NCBI GenBank assembly: GCA_963748215.1
Contig: CAVVHS010000002.1
Span: forward strand, 96,001 to 160,000
Source: an uncultured Gammaproteobacteria bacterium
GTDB taxonomy: Bacteria > Pseudomonadota > Gammaproteobacteria > UBA9214
DNA length: 64,000 bases
Reading direction: 5' to 3'
Shown here: one piece after another, positions 49,773 through 60,332 of the stretch
Layout of the letters: each line of letters starts with the position of its first letter
Numbering within the stretch: position 1 is the stretch's first letter
The notes under the pieces: model-generated
Seen by the model: only the letters and a program-made list of their open reading frames with translations
The model's database searches: none
What the model was told of the DNA's origin: nothing
Position numbers and translations under genes: made by a program

Positions 49773-51221
49773 CTAGCTGTCCGTGGTTCGACTCCTGACC
49801 TTGCCGATGTGGATGGCGCGGTTGTCGACGGCAAGCGCCGCCTCGTGCAGTGCTTCGGACAGGGTCGGATGGGCAAACACCGTGCGCGCGATATCCTCGC
49901 TGCTGGCATCGAACTCCATGGCGATCACGGCCTGGCCGATCAGCTCGGAGGCCTGCGCACCCAGGATATGCACACCCAGCACGCGATCACTGGCCGCATC
50001 GCTCAGCACCTTCACCATACCATCGGTGGACTGTATGGCCCGCGCACGCCCGCTCGCGGCAAACGGAAAGATACCGCTGCGAAATGCAACACCGGCATGC
50101 CGTAGCGCTTCCTCGGTCTGGCCCACCCAGGCGATTTCCGGGTGGGTATAGATCACCGAAGGAATCGTGGCGTAATTCACCTCGCTGTGCTGCCCGGCAA
50201 TACGTTCCGCCACGGCAACACCTTCTTCCGAACCCTTGTGCGCCAGCATGGGTCCGCGCACGGCATCACCGACCGCGTAAACACCGGGCAGATTGGTCTC
50301 ACAGTTGTCATCCACGTGGATAAAACCGCGCTCGTCGAGCAACAGGTCGGCTGCAGGCGTCGCCAGCTCCTCGGTACACGGACGCCTGCCCACCGCCACG
50401 ATCAGGCGATCGACGTCGAGCAGGTGCGCACCCGTACCGTCCTGGTACTGAATCTCGATGCCGCTGCCGGTCACCTGTGTCGCCTTGACCAGCGCCCCCA
50501 GGCGGATATCCAGGCCCTGCCTGCCATAGAGTTTCAGCGCGGCAGACGCGATCTGCCGGTCGGCCATGGCGAGGAACAGGTCCTGCGCCTCGAGCAGCGT
50601 CACTTCGGCACCGAGACGGCGCCAGACGCTGCCGAGTTCCAGGCCAATGACGCCGGCACCGATAATGCCGAGCCGTCGCGGCACGGTGTCCCAGTCCAGC
50701 GCACCCGCGGAATCGACGATGGTCTTGCCCTGCAGAGGTGCCGCATCCAGCGTCGTCGGTCGCGAGCCGGTGGCCAGGATCACGTACCGGCCGCTCAAGG
50801 TCTGCTGCTCGCCGGCGTGCAAGGCGATGCTGACCTGACACCCGGGCAACAGCTGGCCACGGCCGGGAATCCAGGTGATTTGGCTGGCCTTGAACAATGC
50901 AGCGATGCCACCGGTCAGGTCCCGCACGATCGTGTTCTTCTTGGCGATCATGGCCGGCACCTCGAGTGTCAGTCCGTTCACGCCGATGCCGTGCCGGGGG
51001 GCATGATGCAGCATGCTGTCATACAGCTCGGAACTTTCCAGCAGGGCCTTGGACGGGATACAGCCGGCATTCAGGCAGGTACCACCCAGCACGGGCTTGC
51101 CATCCGGGTCCAGCCAGTCGTCGACACAGGCGGTATGCAGGCCGAGCTGGGCACAGCGCAACGCGGCGACGTAGCCGGCAGGTCCGGCACCGATCACGAT
51201 GACATCGTAACTATCACTCAT
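49773..51221 (-). CDS. lpdA: Dihydrolipoamide dehydrogenase
   Basis: GAGPAGY, GGTCLNAGCIPSK, GAGVIGLE, HPTLSE. Confidence 0.96.
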   Translation of the reverse strand: MSDSYDVIVIGAGPAGYVAALRCAQLGLHTACVDDWLDPDGKPVLGGTCLNAGCIPSKALLESSELYDSMLHHAPRHGIGVNGLTLEVPAMIAKKNTIVRDLTGGIAALFKASQITWIPGRGQLLPGCQVSIALHAGEQQTLSGRYVILATGSRPTTLDAAPLQGKTIVDSAGALDWDTVPRRLGIIGAGVIGLELGSVWRRLGAEVTLLEAQDLFLAMADRQIASAALKLYGRQGLDIRLGALVKATQVTGSGIEIQYQDGTGAHLLDVDRLIVAVGRRPCTEELATPAADLLLDERGFIHVDDNCETNLPGVYAVGDAVRGPMLAHKGSEEGVAVAERIAGQHSEVNYATIPSVIYTHPEIAWVGQTEEALRHAGVAFRSGIFPFAASGRARAIQSTDGMVKVLSDAASDRVLGVHILGAQASELIGQAVIAMEFDASSEDIARTVFAHPTLSEALHEAALAVDNRAIHIGKVRSRTTDS

Positions 51222-51313
51222 ATCAGGCCGCCGTTCATGTCACACCAACCTTCGCAGAGCATGCCTGCCTCCGTGGCGATTTCTTCCCGAGTATAGAACA
51301 CTGCTACAGGCCG

Positions 51314-52582
51314 CTAGATATCCAGCAGCATGGCTGCCGGGTCTTCCAGCAACTCGACAATGGTCTTGAGGAAGGTGACGGCACTCTTGCCGTCGACCAG
51401 GCGGTGATCGTAGGTCAGTGCCAGGTACATGACCGGTCGCACCACCACCTCGCCGTTCACCGCCACCGGCCGATCCTGGATCCGGTGCATACCCAGGATC
51501 GCGCTTTGCGGCGGATTCAGGATCGGCGTGGACAGCATGGAGCCGAACACGCCGCCATTGGTGATCGTGAAAGTACCGCCGCTTATGTCCTCGATCGCCA
51601 GCTTGCCCTCGCGCGCGCGCGTGGAAAAGGCCAGGATTTCGGACTCGATTTCCGCAAGGCTCATGTACTCGGCGTTGCGCAGGATCGGGACTACCAGGCC
51701 GCGGTCGGTGCTGATGGCCACGCCGATATCGCAAAAGCCGTGGTAGACGATATCGTCACCGTCAATGGACGCATTGATGTCCGGGTGACGCTTGAGCGCC
51801 TCGGCCGCAGCGCGCACGAAGAACGACATGTAACCCAGTCGTACACCATGCACCTTTTCAAAGGCATCGCGATGCCGGTCGCGCAGGGTCCTGACCGGCT
51901 CCATGTTGACCTCGTTGAAGGTCGTCAGCATGGCCGTGGTCTGCGCGGCCTGCAGCAGGCGCTCAGCAATACGTGCCCGCAGGCGTGACATCGGCACACG
52001 TTTTTGCGGGCGGTCTTCCTCGATCAGCGGCAGGTCAGGGGTACCGGGTTGCTCCCTGGCAACGGGTTGCTCCCCGGTAACGGGTTGCTCCCTGGTAACC
52101 GGTGCGTTGGCCGGCGCCTGCTTTTCGATATGCACCAGCACGTCGCCCTTGGTGATGCGGCCGCCCTTGCCCGTGCCGTAGATATGCCGGGGATCCAGAT
52201 CATGATCGGCGACCAGCTTGCGTACCGACGGACTGAGCGCGGCATCTGCCTGCACCGGCCCGGAATTATTGGCCTGTGCCGCGGCGGCGCCTTTCGGTCC
52301 AGGTGCGGGCGTCGCGGCAACACCGGCCGCGGACTGGCCGGCACCATCGGGCCTGATGACGGCGATCAGCTGGTCGGCCACGACCGTGGCGCCATCCTCG
52401 ATGAGGATGCTCTCCAGCACACCGTCTTCGGGTGCCGGCACCTCGAGTACAACCTTGTCGGTTTCGATATCGACCAGCGCCTCGTCACGCCGGATGGTAT
52501 CGCCGGCCTGCTTGTGCCAGCAGGCGACCACGCCGTCGCTGACTGATTCCGGGAGGGCGGGCACCCTGACTTCAGTCGCCAT
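51314..52582 (-). CDS. sucB: 2-oxoglutarate dehydrogenase E2
   Basis: [10 protein letters not shown] lipoyl domain, [19 protein letters not shown]. Confidence 0.96.
   Translation of the reverse strand: MATEVRVPALPESVSDGVVACWHKQAGDTIRRDEALVDIETDKVVLEVPAPEDGVLESILIEDGATVVADQLIAVIRPDGAGQSAAGVAATPAPGPKGAAAAQANNSGPVQADAALSPSVRKLVADHDLDPRHIYGTGKGGRITKGDVLVHIEKQAPANAPVTREQPVTGEQPVAREQPGTPDLPLIEEDRPQKRVPMSRLRARIAERLLQAAQTTAMLTTFNEVNMEPVRTLRDRHRDAFEKVHGVRLGYMSFFVRAAAEALKRHPDINASIDGDDIVYHGFCDIGVAISTDRGLVVPILRNAEYMSLAEIESEILAFSTRAREGKLAIEDISGGTFTITNGGVFGSMLSTPILNPPQSAILGMHRIQDRPVAVNGEVVVRPVMYLALTYDHRLVDGKSAVTFLKTIVELLEDPAAMLLDI
52045..52098. repeat. 18-bp x3 tandem repeat in the sucB linker
   Basis: CGGGTTGCTCCCYGGYAA x3, encoding [18 protein letters not shown]. 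Confidence 0.85.
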
Positions 52583-52644
52583 GTCGCATCGGTTCCTGTT
52601 GTTGGTGGTTGCGTGTCATCGCAGGCGGCAAACAGGCATGATCT

Positions 52645-55479
52645 TCAAACATCCAGGCCCAGTGCCTGCACCACCAGCTGCTCCTGTTGCTGCACGTGCA
52701 CGCTGGTATAACCCACTGCCGGCGCAGAGAGTGCAGCGCGGCCAGTATAGATAAGTTTGTTTTCAGCGCCAATCACTTCCTCGAACTTGTGGCGCGCTGC
52801 GTACCAGGCGCCCTGGTTCTGCGGTTCTTCCTGGCACCACACGTATTCGCGCACATTCGGACAACTGGCCAGCTCCTCGCGCAGCAGGCGCCAGGGAAAC
52901 GGGTACAACTGTTCGATGCGCAGCAAGCCCACGTGATCGAGCTGCGTGGCGCGCCTGCGCTCCAGCAGGTCGTAATAGACACGCCCGCTGCACATGACGA
53001 GGCGAGTGATGACCGACTTGTCGGTCGTATCTGTTTCACCGATCACCGGCTGGAACCGGCCCGCGGCGAGTTCGTCCAGCGTGGATGTGGCAAGCTTGTG
53101 ACGCAGCAGGCTCTTGGGCGCCATGACCACCAGTGGACGACGCAGTGGACGAATCATCTGCCGGCGCAGCATGTGGAACATCTGTGCCGGCGTTGTCGGG
53201 TTGCACACCTGGATATTATGATCGACACACAGCTGCAGAAAACGTTCCAGCCGCGCGGATGAATGTTCCGGGCCCTGCCCTTCGTAGCCATGTGGCAGCA
53301 ACAGGGTCAGGCCGCACAGCCTCCCCCATTTAGCCTCCCCGGAGGCGATAAACTGGTCGATCACCACCTGCGCGACATTGGCGAAGTCGCCATACTGCGC
53401 CTCCCAGATGGTCAGCGTTTCCGGCTCGGTGGTCGCATACCCGTACTCGAATGCAAGCACCGCTTCCTCGGAAAGCATCGAGTCGAAGATCAGGAAATGC
53501 GGCTGCCCGTCGGCGATGTTTTTCAACGGCACCCAGATGTCGTTTTGCTTCTGGTTGTGCAGTACCGCGTGGCGATGGAAGAACGTACCACGCTCGCTGT
53601 CCTGCCCGGATATACGTATCGGGAAACCGTCGTGCAACAGGCTCGCAAAGGCCAGTGATTCGGCAAAACCCCAGTCGGCCGGCAAGGCGCCGGCCGCCAT
53701 CTTGCGCCGGTCCTCCATGATCCTGGCAACACGCGGGTGCAACTCGAAGCCGATCGGCAGCTGTTGCAGGCGTTCTGCCAGTTCGACCAGCACCTGCTTG
53801 CTGCACCGGGTATCGCAGGGCTGGTCCCAGGTATGGCCGAGATAGGATTTCCATTTCACCGCAACCGCCGCGTCGACCGGCTGGCCAAGCATGACGGCCG
53901 GCGTCACGCTCTGGCCGGCATCGAGCAGCGTTCGATACTGCAACGCCATTGCATCGGCGGCATCCGCGCTTATCACCTGGCTTGTCGCCAGCTTCTCCGC
54001 GTACAGCGTGCGCGTGCTCTGCAGATTACGTATATCGCGGTACATGGTCGGCTGGGTGGCCGCCGGTTCATCGGCCTCGTTGTGGCCATGGCGGCGGTAA
54101 CAGACCAGGTCGATCACGACATCCTTTTTGAAGGTCATGCGATAGTCGAGCGCGACCTGGGTAACGAACAGCACCGCCTCCGGGTCATCGCCGTTGACGT
54201 GGAAGATCGGCGCATTGACCATCTTGGCGACATCGGTGCAGTACAGGGTCGATCGCGCATCCTTGACCTGGCTGGTGGTAAAACCGATCTGGTTGTTCAC
54301 CACGATATGCACGGTGCCATGTGTCGTAAAGCCTCGCAGCCCGGACATGTTGAACGTCTCCATCACCACGCCCTGTCCGGCGAAGGCCGAGTCTCCGTGA
54401 ATGACTACCGGCAGGATGCGCTCGCCCTCATCGTCCCGGTAGCGCTGCTGGCGCGCCCGAACCGAACCCTGCACGACCGGCGAAACAATCTCCAGGTGCG
54501 ACGGGTTGAACGCCAGCGCCAGGTGCACCTGGCCGCCGGCGGTGGTTATGTTCGAGGAAAATCCCTGGTGGTATTTGACGTCGCCGGAAGTCAGCTCCTT
54601 GCTGTGCTGGTCCTCGAATTCTGAGAACAGCATCGAGGGCAACTTGCCAAGAATATTCACCAGCATGTTGAGACGGCCACGGTGCGACATTCCCATGACG
54701 ATTTCCTTGATGCCCTGCGCGCCGGCACGGTCGATCAATTCACCCATCAGGGGTATCAGGCTCTCGCCGCCTTCCAGCGAAAAACGTTTTTGCCCGACGT
54801 ATTTCGAATGCAGGTAACGCTCGATACCTTCTGCCGCGGTCAGGCGCTGCAGCAACCATACCTGCTTGTCGACGGCGATCCCCGGGTGCGACTGTACGCT
54901 TTCGAGACGCTGCTGGATCCAGCGTTTTTCCTCCGTCACTGACATGTGCATGTATTCCGCACCGATGGTCTCGCAGTAGGTGCGGTTGAGTGCAACAAGG
55001 ATGTTATCCAGCGTCGCCTTCTCCGGACCGACCAGCGAACCGGTGCGGAACACGGTATTGAGATCCTCATCGGAAAGTTCGTGATAGCGCAGGTCAAGCT
55101 CGCTCACAGGCACCGCACCGTTTTGCTGCAACGGGTCGGTACGCGCGTACTGATGACCGCGAAAGCGATAGGCATTGATCAGCTGCAGCACGCGCACCTG
55201 TTTGCGCTCGAACTCGAGGCGTGTCTCGGTGACGCGTGCGATGCGGTGGCCGCGCAGGTGGCCGGTCAGTTTCGAGAATTCGTCGCGAAGCTCGGAATGA
55301 AAGACATCATCGACGGCCTTGCCGTTGACCTGCGGCAGCTGTTGAAACCAGGCATGCCAGCGCTCATCGACCGAGTCCGGATCCCGCTGCCAGCTCTCGT
55401 AGAGTGACTCGAGCCAGGAACCGTTGGTACCATCGAGCAGCGAGGACTGTTGCAGCGCAAGCATGCGTGAGTTGCTCAT
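52645..55479 (-). CDS. sucA: 2-oxoglutarate dehydrogenase E1
   Basis: KRFSLEG, GDVKYHQG, HGDSAFAGQG, RRHGHNE, GPEHSSARLERFLQ. Confidence 0.97.
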   Translation of the reverse strand: MSNSRMLALQQSSLLDGTNGSWLESLYESWQRDPDSVDERWHAWFQQLPQVNGKAVDDVFHSELRDEFSKLTGHLRGHRIARVTETRLEFERKQVRVLQLINAYRFRGHQYARTDPLQQNGAVPVSELDLRYHELSDEDLNTVFRTGSLVGPEKATLDNILVALNRTYCETIGAEYMHMSVTEEKRWIQQRLESVQSHPGIAVDKQVWLLQRLTAAEGIERYLHSKYVGQKRFSLEGGESLIPLMGELIDRAGAQGIKEIVMGMSHRGRLNMLVNILGKLPSMLFSEFEDQHSKELTSGDVKYHQGFSSNITTAGGQVHLALAFNPSHLEIVSPVVQGSVRARQQRYRDDEGERILPVVIHGDSAFAGQGVVMETFNMSGLRGFTTHGTVHIVVNNQIGFTTSQVKDARSTLYCTDVAKMVNAPIFHVNGDDPEAVLFVTQVALDYRMTFKKDVVIDLVCYRRHGHNEADEPAATQPTMYRDIRNLQSTRTLYAEKLATSQVISADAADAMALQYRTLLDAGQSVTPAVMLGQPVDAAVAVKWKSYLGHTWDQPCDTRCSKQVLVELAERLQQLPIGFELHPRVARIMEDRRKMAAGALPADWGFAESLAFASLLHDGFPIRISGQDSERGTFFHRHAVLHNQKQNDIWVPLKNIADGQPHFLIFDSMLSEEAVLAFEYGYATTEPETLTIWEAQYGDFANVAQVVIDQFIASGEAKWGRLCGLTLLLPHGYEGQGPEHSSARLERFLQLCVDHNIQVCNPTTPAQMFHMLRRQMIRPLRRPLVVMAPKSLLRHKLATSTLDELAAGRFQPVIGETDTTDKSVITRLVMCSGRVYYDLLERRRATQLDHVGLLRIEQLYPFPWRLLREELASCPNVREYVWCQEEPQNQGAWYAARHKFEEVIGAENKLIYTGRAALSAPAVGYTSVHVQQQEQLVVQALGLDV

Positions 55480-55679
55480 TGTTCAATGACTCCGGCTGTC
55501 CTGTGTAGCATTGCAGCGAGTATAGGGGACCGATACTTATATAGACGATATCGTTGTCCTTAAGTTTTACTTTAGACCGCGTCTGCGGGCCTTTGTTAGC
55601 CGGCGCCGGTATCCAGTGGCCGGTAACCGGCTGTCAGGTCGCAACGCCGCACCCCCCTCGTGACCGTAATTACGGACAT

Positions 55680-55895
55680 ACCAGCAGGTAGAAGGTGAGA
55701 TCGCGCAGCTATCGAGAGACTGGCCTGGGCCATGTACGAGAGCGGCCATACCTACGATGTACAGGGAAGTACGAGTGTCACGAGAGGACACGACTGCAGG
55801 GAGGAGGTGAGACCGTTTTTACGGGCATAGCCCGGGTCGAGAGGCTGGCCTGGGCCATGCAGGAGGTAGAGCAACGCAGGAGCAGTTGCCGAGGA
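55680..55895 (+). repeat. Interspersed repeat family 5 (AGGTGAGA...CTGGCCTGGGCCATG)
   Basis: CTGGCCTGGGCCATG at 55720, 55845 and 57106; tail AGGAGGTAGAG(C/T)AACGCA(G/T)GAGC(A/G)GTT(G/A)CCGAGG is shared by 55861-55894 and 57122-57156. Confidence 0.75.
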
Positions 55896-55920
55896 AGCCC
55901 GAAGCGGCCGCCCAGTAGGC

Positions 55921-55949
55921 AAAAAAAGGGCTGCACAAGGCAGCCCTTT
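55921..55949 (-). terminator. Intrinsic terminator after the cytochrome c5 gene
   Basis: AAAGGGCTGC-acaag-GCAGCCCTTT-type hairpin with T7 on the minus strand. Confidence 0.78.
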
Positions 55950-55972
55950 GAGTTCAGGGGACAGTGATTCTC

Positions 55973-56473
55973 TTACTGGCTTTTGCTGACCATGTACTCG
56001 ACGGCAGCCTGGAGCTCGGCATCGGAACAGGCCATGCAGAGTCCCTTTGGTGGCATCGCGTTCAGGCCCTTGGTGACACTGGTCATCAGGGATGGCATCC
56101 CTTTGGCGATACGCGGCGCCCAGGTGGCGGCATCGCCCAGTTTCGGGGCCCCGGCCGCACCGGTGGCGTGGCAGGCCATGCAGCTGCCATTGTAGACCTG
56201 CTCGCCTGATTTCGGTTCCGCGGCAACCGGCGCGGCACTGGCCATTGCCGTTCCAGCAGGCGTGGCAGTAGTCCCGGCCGGAGCTGAAGCCGATTTACTC
56301 CCCACGTTAACCTGCCCGACCGGCGTGATGTTCTCAATCACGACCTCATCCGGCTTGTATTCAGCCACTTCGCTGGTCAGGTTGCTGGCGATCATGACCA
56401 GAATGATCGCGAGGACCGCGAGTGCGCCCATGATGGTGAAGAATGTGGTGTAAAACTGTTTATCCTGACTCAA
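55973..56473 (-). CDS. Membrane-anchored cytochrome c5
   Basis: N-terminal TM; CMACHATGAAGAP, W.PRIAKG, AMPPKGLCMACS. Confidence 0.92.
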   Translation of the reverse strand: MSQDKQFYTTFFTIMGALAVLAIILVMIASNLTSEVAEYKPDEVVIENITPVGQVNVGSKSASAPAGTTATPAGTAMASAAPVAAEPKSGEQVYNGSCMACHATGAAGAPKLGDAATWAPRIAKGMPSLMTSVTKGLNAMPPKGLCMACSDAELQAAVEYMVSKSQ

Positions 56474-56688
56474 GGTAATCTCCTGAATGATTTGCAGTGG
56501 TGCGTTATGGCGACGGATGGATTGGGCCCCGGCTGCCAGGTTGGGCGGATTATACTGAAAAGGGCGGGCTCATGAAATTACCGGCCAACTCCGCCGTAGA
56601 CCCGCCAGTTGGCAGGCGGTATCCTTGCCAGCTTATCTGTGGCAATCCGAGCCGGTTAGCATCGATCGCCGGGGAGAGACAGCAAAAA

Positions 56689-56765
56689 GCGCCCGTAGCT
56701 CAGTTGGATAGAGTGTCGGTTTCCGAAACCGAAGGTCACAGGTTCGATTCCTGTCGGGCGCGCCA
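56689..56765 (+). tRNA. tRNA-Arg(CCG)
   Basis: GCGCCCG acceptor stem, TAGCTCAGTTGGATAGAG D arm, TCGGT-TTCCGAA-ACCGA anticodon arm, GGTTCGATTCC T arm, CCA end. Confidence 0.95.
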
Positions 56766-57275
56766 TTTACAGTTTCAGTTCCGCACCGGAAGGTGCGGGA
56801 CTGTTCCGGTTCGACCGGCAGGAAGCGAACCTGTGAAACAGGTTCGACCAGCCACCGGAAGGTGGCGCAGAACGTCGTCGCGTAGCGACGGCGGCCCCGC
56901 AGGGGTGAGGGCCAGCGGCCCGAATATTCCTGTCGGGCGCGCCATTTACAGTTTCAGTTCCATATCGGAAGGTGCGGGACTATTCCGGTTCGGCCGGCAG
57001 GAAGCGAACCTGTGAAACAGGTTCGACCAGCCACCGGAAGGTGGCGCACGACTGCAGGGAAGCACGACTACACGGAGAAGGTGAGACCGGGTACCGGACG
57101 GAAGGCTGGCCTGGGCCATGTAGGAGGTAGAGTAACGCATGGAGCGGTTACCGAGGAGTTAGGGCACCAAAAGTAGGCGCCTTAGGCGATGCAGGGAGCC
57201 ATTGCCGGGAACGTCGCCGCACAGCGGCGGCGGCCCCGCAGGGGCGAGACGGTAATCCCCTGCAGGGACACCCAA
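56747..57275 (+). repeat. tRNA-linked tandem repeat (179-bp unit starting with the tRNA 3' 19 nt)
   Basis: ATTCCTGTCGGGCGCGCCA at 56747 and 56926; unit 2 is interrupted at about 57048-57208 and resumes with GAACGTCG...GGCCCCGCAGGGG. Confidence 0.85.
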
Positions 57276-57297
57276 TATCAGCGAGACAGGCACCGCC

Positions 57298-57846
57298 ATG
57301 AACCTAGACAGAGTACCGTCCGGCGATAACGTGCCAGACAATGTCAATGTCATCATCGAAATACCGTCCCACAGCGACCCGGTAAAATACGAGGTCGACA
57401 AGAAAACCGGCGCCATGTTCGTCGACCGTTTCATGGATACCGCCATGCACTATCCGTGCAACTATGGCTATATTCCGCATACCCTGTCCGAGGATGGCGA
57501 CCCGGTCGACGTGCTGGTGGTGACACCGGTGCCACTGATCAGCGGTGCGGTAATCCAGTGCCGCCCGATCAGCATCCTGCGCATGTCCGATGAAGCCGGG
57601 CCGGATGCCAAGATCCTCGCCCTACCGGTGGACCGGCTGTCTACCCACTACCGCCATATCGACTCGCTCGACGAACTCCCGCCGGAGCTGCCCGCGTCGA
57701 TCGCGCACTTTTTCGAGCACTACAAGGACCTGGAGCCGAACAAGTGGGTCAAGATCGAGGGATGGGACGGGCTGGATGCCGCCCGAGAGGAAATCCTGGC
57801 AAGCATACAGCGTTTCAAGGATGCCCCGGTCAAGCCGCACTTCTAG
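57298..57846 (+). CDS. ppa: Inorganic pyrophosphatase
   Basis: [33 protein letters not shown]. Confidence 0.97.
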   Translation: MNLDRVPSGDNVPDNVNVIIEIPSHSDPVKYEVDKKTGAMFVDRFMDTAMHYPCNYGYIPHTLSEDGDPVDVLVVTPVPLISGAVIQCRPISILRMSDEAGPDAKILALPVDRLSTHYRHIDSLDELPPELPASIAHFFEHYKDLEPNKWVKIEGWDGLDAAREEILASIQRFKDAPVKPHF

Positions 57847-57895
57847 ATAGGAGCTTAATCCTCTGATTTTATTGACTTTATATTTTATGGTCTAA

Positions 57896-57931
57896 ATATA
57901 CGCTTGACCATATATATGTTCAAGCGTATAT
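57896..57931. promoter_or_regulatory. Probable ArsR operator
   Basis: 36-bp palindrome ATATACGCTTGAcCATAT-ATATGtTCAAGCGTATAT with one mismatch, 7 bp before arsR. Confidence 0.8.
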
Positions 57932-57938
57932 CTACGGC

Positions 57939-58292
57939 ATGCCCATCACGCCGGAAACCCTGTTCCAGATGCTGTCGGATGCCACGCGCCTGCGGGTGCT
58001 GCTACTGCTGGCCGCCGAACAGGAGTTGTGCGTCTGCGAGCTCACCCATGCGCTGAACCAGTCGCAACCGAAGGTCTCGCGCCACCTGGCACACCTGCGC
58101 GACAGCGGGCTGCTGCTGGCACGCCGCGAGGGTCAGTGGATGTATTACCGCATCGACCCGTCATTGCCCGACTGGGCACACAGCATCCTGCACCATACCC
58201 TGCTCGGCAACGCGAGCAGCGCACCGTTTCGCGCTGACCGCGCCACCCTCAAAGACATGCCCAACCGCCCGGGCGCGGCCTGCTGCGCCTGA
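57939..58292 (+). CDS. arsR: Arsenic-responsive repressor
   Basis: ELCVCEL, SQPKVSRHLA, C-terminal CC. Confidence 0.93.
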   Translation: MPITPETLFQMLSDATRLRVLLLLAAEQELCVCELTHALNQSQPKVSRHLAHLRDSGLLLARREGQWMYYRIDPSLPDWAHSILHHTLLGNASSAPFRADRATLKDMPNRPGAACCA

Positions 58293-58313
58293 GCACAAGC
58301 AAGGAGAACCATC

Positions 58314-58742
58314 ATGTCCCGTATGCATATCCATATCGCCGTCACCGACCTGGCGCAGAACATCCGCTTCTATTCCACCCTGTTCGGCACGGCACCCACG
58401 GTCAGCAAACCCGACTATGCCAAGTGGGAGCTGGCCGACCCGGCCGTGAACTTCGCCATCTCCGACCGTGGCGGCGCAGCCGGCCTCGACCATGTCGGTA
58501 TCCAGACCGACGACGAGGCCGAACTGGCCGCCATCCGCGCACGCCTGCAACAGGCCGGCATCGCCGGCCACAGCCAGGATGCAACTGCCTGCTGCTACGC
58601 CCGCTCCGACAAGTACTGGACACAGGATCCGCAGGGTATCGCCTGGGAGACCTTCCGTACCCTGGAGACCATACCGACCTTCAGCAACTCACCGGTCGAC
58701 GGAACCAGCTGTGTCCCGGTCGCCGGCTCGAGCTGCTGCTAA
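58314..58742 (+). CDS. arsI: ArsI/CadI VOC metalloenzyme
   Basis: RMHIHIAV, DYAKW, LDHVGIQ, CCYARSDKYW..DP.GIAWETF. Confidence 0.88.
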   Translation: MSRMHIHIAVTDLAQNIRFYSTLFGTAPTVSKPDYAKWELADPAVNFAISDRGGAAGLDHVGIQTDDEAELAAIRARLQQAGIAGHSQDATACCYARSDKYWTQDPQGIAWETFRTLETIPTFSNSPVDGTSCVPVAGSSCC

Positions 58743-58747
58743 GCGCC

Positions 58748-59155
58748 ATGAATATCCTGTTCCTGTGTACCGGCAACTCGTGCCGTTCGCAGATGGCGGA
58801 AGGCTGGGCACGGCACTTCGCCGGCGACCGTCATATCATCCAGTCGGCCGGGCTCGAGGCGCATGGTAAAAACCCGCGCGCCATTGCCGTCATGCGCGAG
58901 GCCGGTGTCGATATCTCAGGCCAGGAATCCACCCCGGTGACGGACGCGATGCTGGCCGCGGCCGATATCGTGGTGACAGTATGCGGCCATGCCGACGAGC
59001 AGTGCCCTGTCATACCGGCAGGCGTAAAAAAGATTCACTGGCCCTTGAGCGATCCGGCCAAGGCCGCTGGCAGTGACGACATCGTCATGGAGGTGTTTCG
59101 CGCCAGCCGTGACGACATCCGGCAGCGGGTAATGACCCTGCTGGCAACGCTTTAG
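58748..59155 (+). CDS. arsC: Thioredoxin-type arsenate reductase
   Basis: LCTGNSCRSQMAEG, TVCGHADEQCP, HWPLSDP. Confidence 0.93.
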   Translation: MNILFLCTGNSCRSQMAEGWARHFAGDRHIIQSAGLEAHGKNPRAIAVMREAGVDISGQESTPVTDAMLAAADIVVTVCGHADEQCPVIPAGVKKIHWPLSDPAKAAGSDDIVMEVFRASRDDIRQRVMTLLATL

Positions 59156-59162
59156 CCTCGCC

Positions 59163-60197
59163 ATGAGTTTTTTCGAGCGTTACCTGAGCCTGTGGGTGCT
59201 GCTGTGTATCGTGGTCGGCATCATCCTGGGGCATGCATTCCCCGACATGTTCAGTGCTATCGGCGGCCTGGAGATCGCGCGCGTGAACATGCCGGTGGCC
59301 GTGCTGGTATGGCTGATGATCCTGCCGATGCTGCTCAAGATCGACTTTCATGCCCTCCACGAGGTCCGCCATCACATGCGCGGAATCGGTGTCACGCTGT
59401 TCGTCAACTGGGCCGTCAAGCCGTTCTCGATGGCATTGCTGGGCTGGTTGTTCATCCGCGTGCTGTTCGCCGGCTGGCTGCCCGCGGAGCAGATCGACAG
59501 CTATATTGCCGGTCTGATCCTGCTGGCCGCCGCACCCTGCACCGCCATGGTGTTTGTCTGGAGCAACCTGACCAACGGTCACCCGGGTTTCACACTGTCC
59601 CAGGTGGCGCTCAACGATGTCATCATGGTCTTCGCGTTCGCGCCCATCGTCGCGCTACTGCTGGGCATGGCCTCGATCACGGTCCCGTGGGACACCCTGG
59701 TCCTGTCGGTCGTGCTCTACATCGTGATTCCGGTAATCTTCGCCAGTGCATGGCGGCACTGGCTGCTGGCACGTCCGCAGGGCGTCGCAAGACTCGCCCG
59801 GCTGCTGCATGTCCTGCAGCCGCTATCCATCACGGCACTGTTGCTGACGCTGGTGCTGCTGTTCGGCTTCCAGGGCCGGCAGATTCTCGACCAGCCGCTG
59901 GTCATCGTGCTGCTCGCGATCCCGATCACCCTGCAGGTGTATTTCAATTCAGGACTGGCCTACCTGCTGAGCCGCCGACTCGGCGTGGCGCATAATGTGG
60001 CCGCACCCGCCGCCCTGATCGGCGCCAGCAATTTCTTCGAGCTGGCCGTGGCCACCGCCATCAGCCTGTATGGCATCGGCTCCGGCGCGGCACTCGCCAC
60101 CGTAGTCGGCGTGCTGGTCGAGGTGCCGGTCATGCTGTCCGTGGTCGCCATCGCCAACGCGACTCGCGGCTGGTACGAACAGACAGGCAACACCTGA
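59163..60197 (+). CDS. acr3: Acr3 arsenite efflux permease
   Basis: FERYLSLWV, AAPCTAMVFVW, ASNFFELAVA, VLVEVPVML. Confidence 0.95.
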   Translation: MSFFERYLSLWVLLCIVVGIILGHAFPDMFSAIGGLEIARVNMPVAVLVWLMILPMLLKIDFHALHEVRHHMRGIGVTLFVNWAVKPFSMALLGWLFIRVLFAGWLPAEQIDSYIAGLILLAAAPCTAMVFVWSNLTNGHPGFTLSQVALNDVIMVFAFAPIVALLLGMASITVPWDTLVLSVVLYIVIPVIFASAWRHWLLARPQGVARLARLLHVLQPLSITALLLTLVLLFGFQGRQILDQPLVIVLLAIPITLQVYFNSGLAYLLSRRLGVAHNVAAPAALIGASNFFELAVATAISLYGIGSGAALATVVGVLVEVPVMLSVVAIANATRGWYEQTGNT

Positions 60198-60332
60198 TGC
60201 ACGCCGCTGCCGGCAGCACCGGCAAGCCGGTTGCAATGCATAATATTTCAACCGGGGCTAAAAATTACTCGCCGCCTCATGTTACGCTGCGAGGCTCGTG
60301 ACAAGCCGATAAAAGCAAAGGACTAATCTGCC

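Noticed and set aside
56926-56944. attR of a prophage or genomic island at tRNA-Arg
   Set aside because: Only 179 bp from the tRNA, with no integrase or cargo; better explained as a tRNA-linked repeat.
58424-58747. N-terminal extension of ArsC in the ORF track
   Set aside because: It overlaps arsI in another frame; the real start is ATG 58748.
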